From the IMG/VR virus record IMGVR_UViG_3300028591_000070, positions 64,001 to 128,000 of that record: 64,000 nt of DNA. The stretch is one strand, 5' to 3'. The notes under the pieces were generated by a model, which was not told the origin of the DNA, made no database searches, and saw only the letters and a list, made by a program, of their open reading frames with translations. The DNA comes from a virus (lineage: Duplodnaviria > Caudoviricetes). The position numbers and the translations under genes were made by a program. Below are positions 45,029 through 55,640 of the stretch, piece by piece; within the stretch, counting starts at the first letter, position 1; the number at the start of each line of letters is the position of its first letter.

Positions 45029-48000
45029 ATGAATAGTAATTTTGACATTCCAGTTGAAAAATTGAACGAACCTGGAAATCTTTGGATTAGACCTCAAAAC
45101 AAACAGCTTAGATATAGCACAGATGCTGATAAAGCAGCATCTTGGCTCAATCCACTTCCTGTTTATAAAGCAAGCAAAGAAATTAAATTTGGACAGCCTG
45201 TTTCTCTTACAAACTATTCTCAAGAACACAGTATTTCTGAAAGTGGTGCTCGTGCTAGAACTATAATGCCAACAAATGCCTTAGAAAACTCGTCATTTAT
45301 TGGTATCGCTATTGAATATGGTGAAGAAAAGAAAGAAATTCATATCTTAAATCAAGGTGAACTTGTTTATGAAATATCTAAAAAAGATAATCCAAAATAC
45401 TGGTTGCCACCTTATCATAAAAATGGAGATGACTTTGTATTTGATTGGACAGATGCAGATGTAGGTTCAACAGTCTATATCACAAGTAATGGTTCATATA
45501 CCTTAAATGTTGATGATGTTTCAGGTGGAAATATTATGTCAGTGGGTAAACTTGTTTTTGCTCCAAAAGCAACTGAAACTAAAGAAAAACAACAGAAAAT
45601 TATTATTCATATTCAAGCTGGTGGTGATGACAGAGGCGTTAAAGATACAGCACAATTTACTGTTCAAATGTCATCTATTATTAAACCTACTTCAATCGAA
45701 AGTGATTACGACCAACTTATTTTTGTTAAGATAAATAAAGATGGCTTAGGTGAAATTATTTTTAATGATGATGCGATTACAAATGATATAGAGTCTTCTC
45801 CTGTGGGTGCCATCATGGTTAAGTCTGAAGATGGACTTTGTGATCTTACACCTATCATTGGTAAGAAAATTACTTTAGTAAGAATGGGTCTTATTAGTGG
45901 TAATTTTGGTTTTAACACAAATAATGTTGGTAAAATTGGACTCTTAAATGATGGTAGAGTAGCTTTCAAATCAGCTAAAGATTATAGCTTAAAAGTTGGT
46001 CTTTTTAAGTCTTATAGTGGTGATACACAAGACTTCTTAGTAGATTGTAGATTCCCAATGGAAGGAGCAGAGTCTGGTGATAAAATTGGCACAATTAAAC
46101 CTGTTTTTGGCCCATCAGATGATCCTCTTTTAGATATAGGATATGCATTAGTTGATAATGAAATCCATAGAACAACATTTATTAGAAATGACTCAGTTGA
46201 CAAAAGTGGAATAGATTGGGAAGATCTTATTAAAAATTGTTATACAAAAGACATTTTTGAGTTTGGTAGAAAAATAAATGGTAAGTATGTTTTTTCTAGA
46301 GTATTAGAAGAATTTAATGGAAAATCTTGGTCTTTAGATATTTATGATACAGACGAAACAGTTGCAATCTTAAATCCTGAGACTTTCTTTAAGTTCCGCA
46401 ATCTTTATTATACTATTAATTCAGATAATGGAATTAAACAAGTTGCTTGCCAGATTAAGTTTAATCAAGATTCAATAAATACAAATGAAGAATGTATTTG
46501 GCCTGAAGAAGCTTATAAGATTAAATTAAAAGCAACTTCTGATAAAGAAGATTATGTTTTAGGTGGTAAAGGACCTAAATCAACACTATTCTGTAATATT
46601 TCTCGTCTTGTTGCTATTGGAAACTATATGGATGGTAATGGTTCTAATATTGAGACATATGACATCACTGTAAAAGTTCAAAGTACAGGACAAATTCTCG
46701 CCCCAGGTTTTTATCAGAACAAAGATGGTAAATGGTGTGGCTATGAATGGTTTATTTATAGTAACAATGGCTTAACATATCTTTATATGAGTACAATTCC
46801 TTCTGGAGTAGATGCTAAAGATTGTAATGGTATTAACACTATTATTGCTGGAGAAAAACTTACATCTTCAGATCCAGAAGAAACCTTAATTGTTACTGTA
46901 AGAAGACGTCCAACACTTTATAATGCAGTTTATCTCAATCAATATCCAACAAATAATCCATGGATGCCATATGTTGATGGTAATACTGGAAATTTAATTA
47001 CAGAAAATGCTATTTATTTTGGCTCACCTTCTAAGTTATTAAATCAAAATCAAACTGGTGATGAAGATGAAGCTACTTCTGGAATGGAATTTAATGAAGC
47101 TGGAAGAAATGGTAAAATTGAGCTTATAACAGAAGATAGTGGTAAAGTTGTTACTCTTTCAACTCAAGTTAGAGGCTCAACTAATACTCCAACATTTAAG
47201 GATAAAAAACAAGTAATTAAGTCCGATGGTTCGATATCAAATACTATTGAATGGGAATATGATTTTGCTAATAATGTTACATCATTAAATTCATATTTTG
47301 CTCCAATTTTAATTTCTAGAAATTCTAAAAAAGATGAAATTGACCTCGTCCCATTGAGTTATCAATTAAATAATGATATTGTTACTACATCAGACTTTAA
47401 TGAGTATTTACATGACAACAGTATTTCTGCACTTGAAATTTTAGATACTTTCTATTTTAGAAATATTAAATATACAAAGGATGCAAAAAAGTCAACAATA
47501 TCTACTTTATTAGGTGATGATACTGATAATTCAAAAATACTTTTTCCAGAAGTTGATATTCTTGCAAATAATTATTCTATTAATTCTGAAAGTTTATCTG
47601 CTTATAAAGATTTCTTATATGTAGATAATAAATATATTGACTATATGTCTTTCATGAGTTTAATTGGACTTTCTACAAAAGATTTATTTAGTAAGGTTCT
47701 TAGATTAGAAAGAATAGTTAATGGAGTAGATTTTAATAAAAACGTCAATTCTCAAATTGAATATTCTGACAATAGTTTAGATTATATTGATAATATTGGC
47801 CTTTTGAGAACTGCTGGATATTTAAAAAATTCATTAATTTTAATAGACTCATTCAACTTAGACCATTTAGAAACAAATGAAGCTTTATTTCCAGACAATA
47901 ATTATATTTCTATTATTGATCGATATATTATTGAAAATTTTTATCATTATACAAATTCAGATGAATTAAAAACAAGATATATTGATTATAGAGATAAGAG

Positions 48001-51000
48001 CTTCTTTGATAGACTTCAATCTGTATTTAATTATACTCACCAAAAAAATAGTAATGTTGCCCAAATGTATATTGCATTTAATGACCTTGACATGAATGAA
48101 TACTCTTACAGAGTAGGTGACTTTTTTAAATTTCTTAACAATAATAAATATAGTTTATCTCCACAGGACGTTTATGAAGGAAAAACAATTTCTGCAGATA
48201 AAATTGTTTTTAGAAAAAATGTTTTAGGATATGATGCTTTATGCAAAGATAAAAATGGCTATGGCTATGAAGGACTAGTAACAGAACCTGAACCTACTAA
48301 AGATGTATATCAGATTAGTACAGATTCATATAATCCAGAAGAAACTTATTATGAAAATGTAGGTAGTAGAATTTTTGTTGTAAAAAGCTTAAAGGAGGAG
48401 GATTATTCACCTAATAAATATTATATTAAAAGAACTATTGACAATAAATATCAGGGTTATCCATTTAGATGGCCTATTTATAAAGATAGTGCTTTTAATG
48501 AATTAGACGTAGAGTATAATTTCTTTTCTAAGAATACTTATGGATTAGATGACAGTATTGCTATCTATGATGATAACAGAAATAAAACAATAAGTTCATT
48601 TAGTTCACAGTCATTGGAAGGTATTACCTTTGATACCATTTCAAAACTGTCTTTCTTATATTCTTGTTTTGATAATAACCATACTTTTGAATCTCAAATG
48701 ACATGGCTTTTACCATTCTTTGTAGATGATGGTACCGACTTTAAATATGAGCTTAAAAGATTATCTCAAGCTAAATCAATTAAAGCAGAGGATAATAAAA
48801 TATATTCTGCATTTGTTACAAGAGACAATAAGATTATTGAGTTGGGTAGCTTAATTTATAATGCTTATCGATTCATGTTCTTTGAATCTAATGCCTTTAA
48901 TGATACTGATGCATCTTCCATAAATTATGAAAATAAATTTTTAGATTGGAGACAAAGAATTTTAGGTGAAGTAGCTCATAAAAATGGTGTCAAAACATCT
49001 AAATCTATTGACTTTATTTTTGACTTAGGAGATAATAAAACTTATAAATTCTCAATTCTAGATAATATTGAAACTTATAAAAAGTTTATTTTCTTGGTGA
49101 CTCAAGGAAAATTAGCTCGTATAAAGAAAATATTGGAAAATGATCCATATAATGCATATAAAACATATGGCGATTTCTTTAAAAAAGATTATCTTATTAG
49201 TATTGATATTTCCACAAATGAAGGAATAGAAGAGGCTAAGAACTCAATTGCAAATTATCTTTATTCTGGTATCTCAGATGATAAATTAAACTTATTATCT
49301 AAATTTTCTGTCACTCCAGCAACTACAGGCCCAAATGATGAATATAATCAATTAGGATCATATAGTACTATTGTTTCAGAAATAAAGTCCCTTAGATTAG
49401 TTGAAGATGTTACTTTAAGTGAGTTACAAGAGTTTTTTACATTTATAGAATCATTTAATAATCCTTCTTCAGATAGTAGATGGGATAGTTTTGAAATTAT
49501 TGACTATGCTAGAGTAGCAGCATATGGTTCAAAAAATATAGTATATTACAATGAATCAGCATATAAGACATTCAATAATATTCCATCAGAAACAAATTTA
49601 AAATTTAATTTTACTCAAATTTTAAATAAAGCAATTAAAGATAGTAATGACCTTATTGATACTCAAGACACAGCCTCTCTTAAGGTAGTTTGGCCTTCTG
49701 AGATAAATACTTATGGTCAAAAACAAGAAAGTCTTACATTTGCTAAAAATAATATTAATCAATTCATTGATAGAAAAGTATCAGATGATACAACTACTAA
49801 TGGAAATATAGGTATTATAAATATTAAGACAAATCCTGTATCAAGAATTTCAATTATTGACGAAAATAATATTCCAGATATAACTGTTGCAGAATTAAAG
49901 CTATTATTAGAAGGTGATGAAACAATTTGCAATAAATGTGGAATTGATAATAATGAAATTAAAGAATATAATCTTAATATTGAGCCACTGAAAAATGCAA
50001 CATTAGACTGGACAATTCCGGTAGTTACATTGGGTGATGATCAATTTAAGACTTTATTTGAAATCAGAAACTTGCAATATCAGCAAATAAGTGCTTATAA
50101 TAATTCTAATGTAGATGAAGAAATCTTGTCAACAGCTGTAATAGATTATTCTAAAGAAGCCATTATCTATGATTTAATTAAGCAAGGATTAAATTATGAT
50201 ACAGCAAAATTATTTGCTGATGGTATTTTAACTGAAGGCGTAAATATTAGTGGTGGCTTTATCCATAATCCTCAACTCCAGACTACATATGGTCTTTTAA
50301 ATACAGATTTATATGGTGAAGTAAAAGAAGATGGTCATATACAATATGGCTCAAAACTTGAAGGATATATATTACATATATCTTCTAAAGAAGATAAAAA
50401 TATTAATGACTTTAAGTTGAAAGATTTATACAATTATAATAATATTGATCAGTTAATTTTAGCTGCAGAAAAATCAAATTGCGATGTATTATTGCAGAAT
50501 CTTTCAACTATTAAAAATTATATTGAATTATTCTTTAGTCATTGTGATAAGATCTTAAAAGATCTTTCAGTTTCAGGTAAGCAATCTCCTATTGAGATTA
50601 AAGGTACTACTTATATTGATGATTTTGTTGATAGTGAAATTACTAATAAAAACTTTAATGAATTAAAGAAGTCATTAGACTCTATTACAACTATTAAAAA
50701 AGAGATACCTACTGATAGTAATATTACAGGTGTTGATGCATATTCACCAATAGTAAATAGTTATTTTGCAGAATTGGCTAATGACTGCGTAGAAATATTT
50801 AGAAAAATTGCTCATATTTTACAAAATAACTTGAATTTAAGTGAATCTGATGCAAAATTAGTGGCTGATATCGCAAATGCTAGGGTATCACTAGACTTGC
50901 CTACTAATCAGCTTAGAGAATCAATTATAAAAACCGCTATAGAAGTTATTAATAAATCTAATTTTACTTTGGATATGCAAAAACCATCTGATATGGAAGA

Positions 51001-52117
51001 TGTTAAAGTTTCAAAAGCATTTAATTTAGAGAAATATAATAATGAGTATGATAGAGAAAATAATACAGGACTTCAAGTAGAATATTATAAATATAACGAA
51101 CTTTTACCAGAATATAGTTATCTCTATTCAAAGCCATCTGATGGAATTTCTATTAAAAAAGTGGTAGATGCTCAAGAGATTAATGGAAAAATGTATCACA
51201 ATAATATAAATACTATTGTAAAACATAGACCTCTAAATGGTGAGGCAATGCAAAAAGAAACATTTATTGGAGATAAAATTGAACTTAAAGAAGGTATGTA
51301 TCTAAGAGGAGAACAACTTCCATTACCAAGAGTTTCATTAAATATTAGTCCTTACATTCAAAATAATACTCAAAGAATTGAGTTTAAGCCTACATATGAA
51401 GATTATGCAAGTACTTATCGTAATCCAACAGTCCATTATGGAAACAGTTCTCAGAAATGTATTAAACTTATTGGTTCATTCCCAAATATTAAAATCGATG
51501 GTTTTGAATACCATATTCTTGCAATAAGAAAAAATATTTTCACTGGAGATGTTTTTGATAAATTGCCTAATGGACTAAAGATTATACCAGATGTAGAAAT
51601 TAAATACGCTGCAAACTATAAGCAAGAATATACTTCAGAGAGTGGTGAGCCAACTTCCCATAGTGCTACCACAACAGGAGAGTTCTTTATCGAGGGTCCA
51701 AGATTATATAAAAACTATGTTTATAGTATAGCATTATCTAATGTTGGTGAAAATAATACTGTTGCAATTTCTAATAAAAATTCTGTATATGCAGGTATTA
51801 CTGTAAATACTTCATGTTTGGTTGAAAACTATCCAAATGATAATAAATATATAGAGCATTTGAATATAATAAAGAGTACTACAGCTGAAAGAGCTTTACC
51901 TTATGACTTAGACTTATTAAGAGATATTATCTTAAATTCAGATCTTTTTATTTATAAGCCTACTACTAAAGAGGAATATTTAATAGATGCTAAAGATAAT
52001 GTTGTATTACAAGTTGGCAATTATGATATATCTATGCCTTCCAGAACTGAGGTAGTAAATATGTTCAAAGGAAAGATCAAACACGTTTCTGAATGTGATA
52101 TAGAATTTGTGCAATAA
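45029..52117 (+). CDS. very large (2362 aa) putative virion structural protein
   Basis: uninterrupted 7.1-kb ORF with late-type element; no catalytic motif recognised. Confidence 0.75.
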   Translation: MNSNFDIPVEKLNEPGNLWIRPQNKQLRYSTDADKAASWLNPLPVYKASKEIKFGQPVSLTNYSQEHSISESGARARTIMPTNALENSSFIGIAIEYGEEKKEIHILNQGELVYEISKKDNPKYWLPPYHKNGDDFVFDWTDADVGSTVYITSNGSYTLNVDDVSGGNIMSVGKLVFAPKATETKEKQQKIIIHIQAGGDDRGVKDTAQFTVQMSSIIKPTSIESDYDQLIFVKINKDGLGEIIFNDDAITNDIESSPVGAIMVKSEDGLCDLTPIIGKKITLVRMGLISGNFGFNTNNVGKIGLLNDGRVAFKSAKDYSLKVGLFKSYSGDTQDFLVDCRFPMEGAESGDKIGTIKPVFGPSDDPLLDIGYALVDNEIHRTTFIRNDSVDKSGIDWEDLIKNCYTKDIFEFGRKINGKYVFSRVLEEFNGKSWSLDIYDTDETVAILNPETFFKFRNLYYTINSDNGIKQVACQIKFNQDSINTNEECIWPEEAYKIKLKATSDKEDYVLGGKGPKSTLFCNISRLVAIGNYMDGNGSNIETYDITVKVQSTGQILAPGFYQNKDGKWCGYEWFIYSNNGLTYLYMSTIPSGVDAKDCNGINTIIAGEKLTSSDPEETLIVTVRRRPTLYNAVYLNQYPTNNPWMPYVDGNTGNLITENAIYFGSPSKLLNQNQTGDEDEATSGMEFNEAGRNGKIELITEDSGKVVTLSTQVRGSTNTPTFKDKKQVIKSDGSISNTIEWEYDFANNVTSLNSYFAPILISRNSKKDEIDLVPLSYQLNNDIVTTSDFNEYLHDNSISALEILDTFYFRNIKYTKDAKKSTISTLLGDDTDNSKILFPEVDILANNYSINSESLSAYKDFLYVDNKYIDYMSFMSLIGLSTKDLFSKVLRLERIVNGVDFNKNVNSQIEYSDNSLDYIDNIGLLRTAGYLKNSLILIDSFNLDHLETNEALFPDNNYISIIDRYIIENFYHYTNSDELKTRYIDYRDKSFFDRLQSVFNYTHQKNSNVAQMYIAFNDLDMNEYSYRVGDFFKFLNNNKYSLSPQDVYEGKTISADKIVFRKNVLGYDALCKDKNGYGYEGLVTEPEPTKDVYQISTDSYNPEETYYENVGSRIFVVKSLKEEDYSPNKYYIKRTIDNKYQGYPFRWPIYKDSAFNELDVEYNFFSKNTYGLDDSIAIYDDNRNKTISSFSSQSLEGITFDTISKLSFLYSCFDNNHTFESQMTWLLPFFVDDGTDFKYELKRLSQAKSIKAEDNKIYSAFVTRDNKIIELGSLIYNAYRFMFFESNAFNDTDASSINYENKFLDWRQRILGEVAHKNGVKTSKSIDFIFDLGDNKTYKFSILDNIETYKKFIFLVTQGKLARIKKILENDPYNAYKTYGDFFKKDYLISIDISTNEGIEEAKNSIANYLYSGISDDKLNLLSKFSVTPATTGPNDEYNQLGSYSTIVSEIKSLRLVEDVTLSELQEFFTFIESFNNPSSDSRWDSFEIIDYARVAAYGSKNIVYYNESAYKTFNNIPSETNLKFNFTQILNKAIKDSNDLIDTQDTASLKVVWPSEINTYGQKQESLTFAKNNINQFIDRKVSDDTTTNGNIGIINIKTNPVSRISIIDENNIPDITVAELKLLLEGDETICNKCGIDNNEIKEYNLNIEPLKNATLDWTIPVVTLGDDQFKTLFEIRNLQYQQISAYNNSNVDEEILSTAVIDYSKEAIIYDLIKQGLNYDTAKLFADGILTEGVNISGGFIHNPQLQTTYGLLNTDLYGEVKEDGHIQYGSKLEGYILHISSKEDKNINDFKLKDLYNYNNIDQLILAAEKSNCDVLLQNLSTIKNYIELFFSHCDKILKDLSVSGKQSPIEIKGTTYIDDFVDSEITNKNFNELKKSLDSITTIKKEIPTDSNITGVDAYSPIVNSYFAELANDCVEIFRKIAHILQNNLNLSESDAKLVADIANARVSLDLPTNQLRESIIKTAIEVINKSNFTLDMQKPSDMEDVKVSKAFNLEKYNNEYDRENNTGLQVEYYKYNELLPEYSYLYSKPSDGISIKKVVDAQEINGKMYHNNINTIVKHRPLNGEAMQKETFIGDKIELKEGMYLRGEQLPLPRVSLNISPYIQNNTQRIEFKPTYEDYASTYRNPTVHYGNSSQKCIKLIGSFPNIKIDGFEYHILAIRKNIFTGDVFDKLPNGLKIIPDVEIKYAANYKQEYTSESGEPTSHSATTTGEFFIEGPRLYKNYVYSIALSNVGENNTVAISNKNSVYAGITVNTSCLVENYPNDNKYIEHLNIIKSTTAERALPYDLDLLRDIILNSDLFIYKPTTKEEYLIDAKDNVVLQVGNYDISMPSRTEVVNMFKGKIKHVSECDIEFVQ

Positions 52118-52134
52118 AATAAGTTTTTTACAAT

Positions 52135-52180
52135 AAGAAAATCGCTTATTTAGTTTTTTACAATAAGCGATTTTCTTTTT
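52135..52180 (+). terminator. long-stem terminator
   Basis: AAGAAAATCGCTTATT-N11-AATAAGCGATTTTCTT-TTT. Confidence 0.75.
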
Positions 52181-52218
52181 TAAATTGAACTACTAAGTAT
52201 TTTAATGGAGGACAATAC

Positions 52219-53166
52219 ATGAATAATCCTATTTCTTTTGTTCCAGGACAATATAATCCAGCAGGATTAGATGTTAATGGAGATGGACAGGCAGATATCA
52301 CATTACATGATTTACATGCGAGTATGATTCGCCGTCCACGTGGACAGGAAGTTAGAACCTTAAATCAGTATACAGGATATTTTTCAACATCAGAAGGAGA
52401 TTATCCAGTTTCTGTTGTTGCAAACTCAATGAAAGAAGCAGCAAAAATTCTTACAATGCCAGGTGTATTTGGACAAGAATCATTAGAGCCAACTATGATT
52501 AAATATGTTAAAGGTTCTGTAGCTGTTTCAGTTCCAGTTCATATGGTTGGTTTTACAACTGTAATCACACCAGCAGGAGCTATTGATTCTGGAGCTTATG
52601 CTACACCAGAACATGCAACTGTAAACAATGGTACAGATGTAATTTTCTCAGCTTATGAGCCATTTGGATGGAAGTTTGTTGGTTGGTACAAAGGTGACCC
52701 AGATAATGGTGGAACTTTAATCTCAGCAGACAAGATTTCTACAATCGACGTTTATGATCCATATTCAACATTAGTAACATACTATGCTAAATATGAGTTC
52801 CAGCCAATAATCAGAAATGGACGCTATATGGACGTTTCTCGTGGATGGACTTGGGAAATTGATACAGATGGCTATTCAAACTATGAAGGACGCATCATTT
52901 TAAGAGCATCTGAAGTAGCCGATTATTACTGGGTAATTACTGAAAAGAGAATGAATGCTGATGGTTCAGGAGTTTGGGTATTAGCACCAGATCCAACAGT
53001 AACTCAACCTGGTGGAGTTGAAGGTGGAATTAAGGCTTCTGTAGCATTTACACCATCTTATATTGGTTTAAATCTTGTATTCAAGACAATTGACCAGAAC
53101 CAATTCACATTTGATACAGACACAATCTGTAATCTTAGATGGGTTGGAGTAGATAATCAGCAATAA
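52219..53166 (+). CDS. putative virion surface protein with InlB B-repeat-like domain
   Basis: AYEPFGWKFVGWY...TYYAKY motif; GGAGG RBS. Confidence 0.6.
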   Translation: MNNPISFVPGQYNPAGLDVNGDGQADITLHDLHASMIRRPRGQEVRTLNQYTGYFSTSEGDYPVSVVANSMKEAAKILTMPGVFGQESLEPTMIKYVKGSVAVSVPVHMVGFTTVITPAGAIDSGAYATPEHATVNNGTDVIFSAYEPFGWKFVGWYKGDPDNGGTLISADKISTIDVYDPYSTLVTYYAKYEFQPIIRNGRYMDVSRGWTWEIDTDGYSNYEGRIILRASEVADYYWVITEKRMNADGSGVWVLAPDPTVTQPGGVEGGIKASVAFTPSYIGLNLVFKTIDQNQFTFDTDTICNLRWVGVDNQQ

Positions 53167-53183
53167 TTGATTAGCTAAAAAAT

Positions 53184-53210
53184 AAAGGAGCAGCAAAGCT
53201 GCTCCTTTTT
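53184..53210. terminator. bidirectional intrinsic terminator
   Basis: AAAGGAGCAGC-AAA-GCTGCTCCTTT between convergent genes. Confidence 0.85.
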
Positions 53211-53226
53211 TATTTAATCAAGTTGA

Positions 53227-53811
53227 TTACTTATCTTCATCTTCACTTGATTCTGATGATTTATCTTCTATCTGAAGTTCTCCAAAAAGAGATCTTCGAA
53301 TTGGTTTTAATTCTTCACGAGGCTCCATGGAGATTTCAAGAAGACCATTTTCCAAATTGATTTTGGTTGTATTTACATCATAAAGCTTAGGATCAAATCT
53401 AAGTTCAAGAGTTTCATCTGTAGGAAGTTTCAATCCCTTATAAGAATAAACTCTTCCACTTTCATCAATATCTTTCTTTACTCTGATAATGATTTTATCA
53501 TCATCAATATCAACTTTTACATCCTTTTTTGAAATTCCACAAAGGCCAACCTCATAGTGAAGGGTTTTATCTTCTTCGGGTTTAACAAACTTTGAATGTG
53601 GTGGGAATGCAACATTTGACTCACTCTTAAGAAATCTTGCTGGAGATTTCAACATATAATTTTCAAAAAGTGGAGTGTGAAAGAAATCATTGAAAGTTGA
53701 ATTGAACATTGAGTTTACGATATCATCAAAAGATACATCATCATTAAACTCACCAGATTTTTGTGTAACGTTTCCGTTTACATTTTTAATAATAGAATAT
53801 TTTCCTGCCAT
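53227..53811 (-). CDS. small heat shock protein (Hsp20/alpha-crystallin)
   Basis: FPP...EVGLCGISKKDVKVDID...LENGLLEI. Confidence 0.85.
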   Translation of the reverse strand: MAGKYSIIKNVNGNVTQKSGEFNDDVSFDDIVNSMFNSTFNDFFHTPLFENYMLKSPARFLKSESNVAFPPHSKFVKPEEDKTLHYEVGLCGISKKDVKVDIDDDKIIIRVKKDIDESGRVYSYKGLKLPTDETLELRFDPKLYDVNTTKINLENGLLEISMEPREELKPIRRSLFGELQIEDKSSESSEDEDK

Positions 53812-53957
53812 AATTTTTTCTCCTCGAGTAAATTAAGCTAATCCATAAAGGTATTGCTTAAAGTCTCTATTATAGCTTTGTTAAATAAATATTTAAGAAT
53901 GATCTCAATATTCCGGACTAAGAGTATCACTCTCTTTATAATTTATATTAACATTAA

Positions 53958-53965
53958 TAATTAGT
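53958..53965 (-). promoter_or_regulatory. ACTAATTA element upstream of Hsp20 (leadered)
   Basis: motif about 150 nt upstream of ATG, just past a terminator. Confidence 0.5.
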
Positions 53966-53979
53966 ACAATTTAAAAAAT

Positions 53980-54005
53980 AAAAGGTGGTTTTTCAACCAC
54001 CTTTT
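53980..54005 (-). terminator. intrinsic terminator
   Basis: AAAAGGTGGTT-N4-AACCACCTTTT. Confidence 0.85.
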
Positions 54006-54022
54006 AAAACCTTAAACTCTAA

Positions 54023-54364
54023 TTAAAGAGCTGGGTCATCTGCAGCAAGAGCAGCATCATCTTCAGCAGCAGGTGTATCTCCTGCAACTGGAGTTTCGAT
54101 AGCTGAACTTCCAAGGATTCCCTGGATTGTAGCAATTGCTGCATTCAAAGCTGAAACCTGTTCACCTGTAAGTGTGAGAGGTTCTGCAGCTGCTACGTCT
54201 GCAACTAAAGCAGGTTCTTCTGTTGGAACAGCTGGTGTTTCGATATCAGCGCCAGTAACTCCATCATCAGGAACTCCTGCATCACCATAAATAGAATTGA
54301 ATGTTGCGTTGTCTTCATAAGAGTCGTCAAACATTCTAATTGCATCTTCACGTAATGATCTCAT
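54023..54364 (-). CDS. acidic Ala-rich protein, putative prohead core component
   Basis: MRSLRED N-terminus; GAGGAG RBS; follows the scaffold-like gene. Confidence 0.6.
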   Translation of the reverse strand: MRSLREDAIRMFDDSYEDNATFNSIYGDAGVPDDGVTGADIETPAVPTEEPALVADVAAAEPLTLTGEQVSALNAAIATIQGILGSSAIETPVAGDTPAAEDDAALAADDPAL

Positions 54365-54386
54365 AATCTATATTTTCTCCTCTTAA

Positions 54387-55640
54387 TTAGCCAAGCAATC
54401 CTGTCTTCATAGACTCTTTCAAGCTCTTGAAGTCCAATTTTGGAGCAAAATAGCTCTCAACATAGCGGTTTGTTACTTCAGACTCAGAAATCTTTGCAGG
54501 AGTTTCTGTCTTTGTTTCTACAGATTCTTCTACTTTCTTTTCTTCAGTCTTAGCTTCTTCTGCTTTTTCTTCTTTCTTAGGCTCTTCTTTAGCTTCTTCC
54601 TCTTTCTTTTCCTCAGATTCTTTCAAACCTTTTGTTTCAGAAGCAGGAATATCTTTTGTAGGCCAAGTCTTAGCAGGTTTAATTTCTTTAGCTGCTGGAC
54701 CAGAAGCATAACCTTTAGCGAGCTCTTCTTCAGATGGGATATGATCCCAGTCATCTTTTGATTCCTGAAGAACACCAAGATGTGTAAGATAAGCTTTTCC
54801 AAGGTCTCCCTTATAGTGCTCATTCATAACATCTAACTTAGCAGCACGGTAAGCAATGCGGTTTTCGCGGTCGCCATACTTTTCAATAAGAGCTGCACCT
54901 TTTTCAGCCATAACATTCTTGAAAGTAGCTTCATCAATCTTTTCGCCATTAGCGCGAATAGCATCAAATGCTTCCATTACTGGCTGAGCTGCTGCATCAG
55001 CAACACCTTCTGGATTCTGTCCTGTAACTGCACCAACATCAGAAGTTGGAGCTGAACCGAATTCATTAACTTCAATACCGGCTGAAGCTTTAAGAGCATC
55101 CAAAGCTGCTTGAAGCTGTGTAATCTGCTGTTGTACCTCAGGTGATACAGTTGGAGCTGCAGTAGGAGCGGCACCTTCTGGAGCAGGAGCGGCAGCAGGG
55201 TCAACTGGGGCAGCTGCTGGAGCAGCACCAGGAACTTCTGCTTCCTGAACTTTTTCAGTAGATTCTTCTACCTTTTCTGTAGACTCTTCAACTTTTTCAG
55301 CTGTTGACTCTTTTACAGGTTCTGTAGATTCTTCTACTTTTGTAGCAGTTGTTTCAGGAGTTTCTGTTGATTCCTGAACTTTTGTTTCTTCAGTCTTTAG
55401 TTCTTCAGCATTTTCCTGAATATGTGGTTTTTCTGAAGTAGGAATTTCAGCTTCCTTAAGGAAGATTCCTTTTGCATTAGCTGCTTTTACAGCTTCACGA
55501 AGTTTGCAAGCATCTCTGTAAGTAGCTGCTTCACCGAGGGTAGCTTCCTTGTATTTTTTGAAGTTTTCCCATACAACTTTGAAATCATTAAGAGGCTTTT
55601 CAGTCTTTTCTGTTGATTCTGTGAGTGATTTTCTAATCAT
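54387..55640 (-). CDS. putative prohead core/scaffolding protein
   Basis: E/K/A-rich, with many [LIVM]xE[SA] motifs including tandem EKVEEST repeats; AAGGAG RBS. Confidence 0.65.
   Translation of the reverse strand: MIRKSLTESTEKTEKPLNDFKVVWENFKKYKEATLGEAATYRDACKLREAVKAANAKGIFLKEAEIPTSEKPHIQENAEELKTEETKVQESTETPETTATKVEESTEPVKESTAEKVEESTEKVEESTEKVQEAEVPGAAPAAAPVDPAAAPAPEGAAPTAAPTVSPEVQQQITQLQAALDALKASAGIEVNEFGSAPTSDVGAVTGQNPEGVADAAAQPVMEAFDAIRANGEKIDEATFKNVMAEKGAALIEKYGDRENRIAYRAAKLDVMNEHYKGDLGKAYLTHLGVLQESKDDWDHIPSEEELAKGYASGPAAKEIKPAKTWPTKDIPASETKGLKESEEKKEEEAKEEPKKEEKAEEAKTEEKKVEESVETKTETPAKISESEVTNRYVESYFAPKLDFKSLKESMKTGLLG

Noticed and set aside
53812-53965. CIRCE operator upstream of Hsp20
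   Set aside because: TTAGCACTC-N9-GAGTGCTAA is not present
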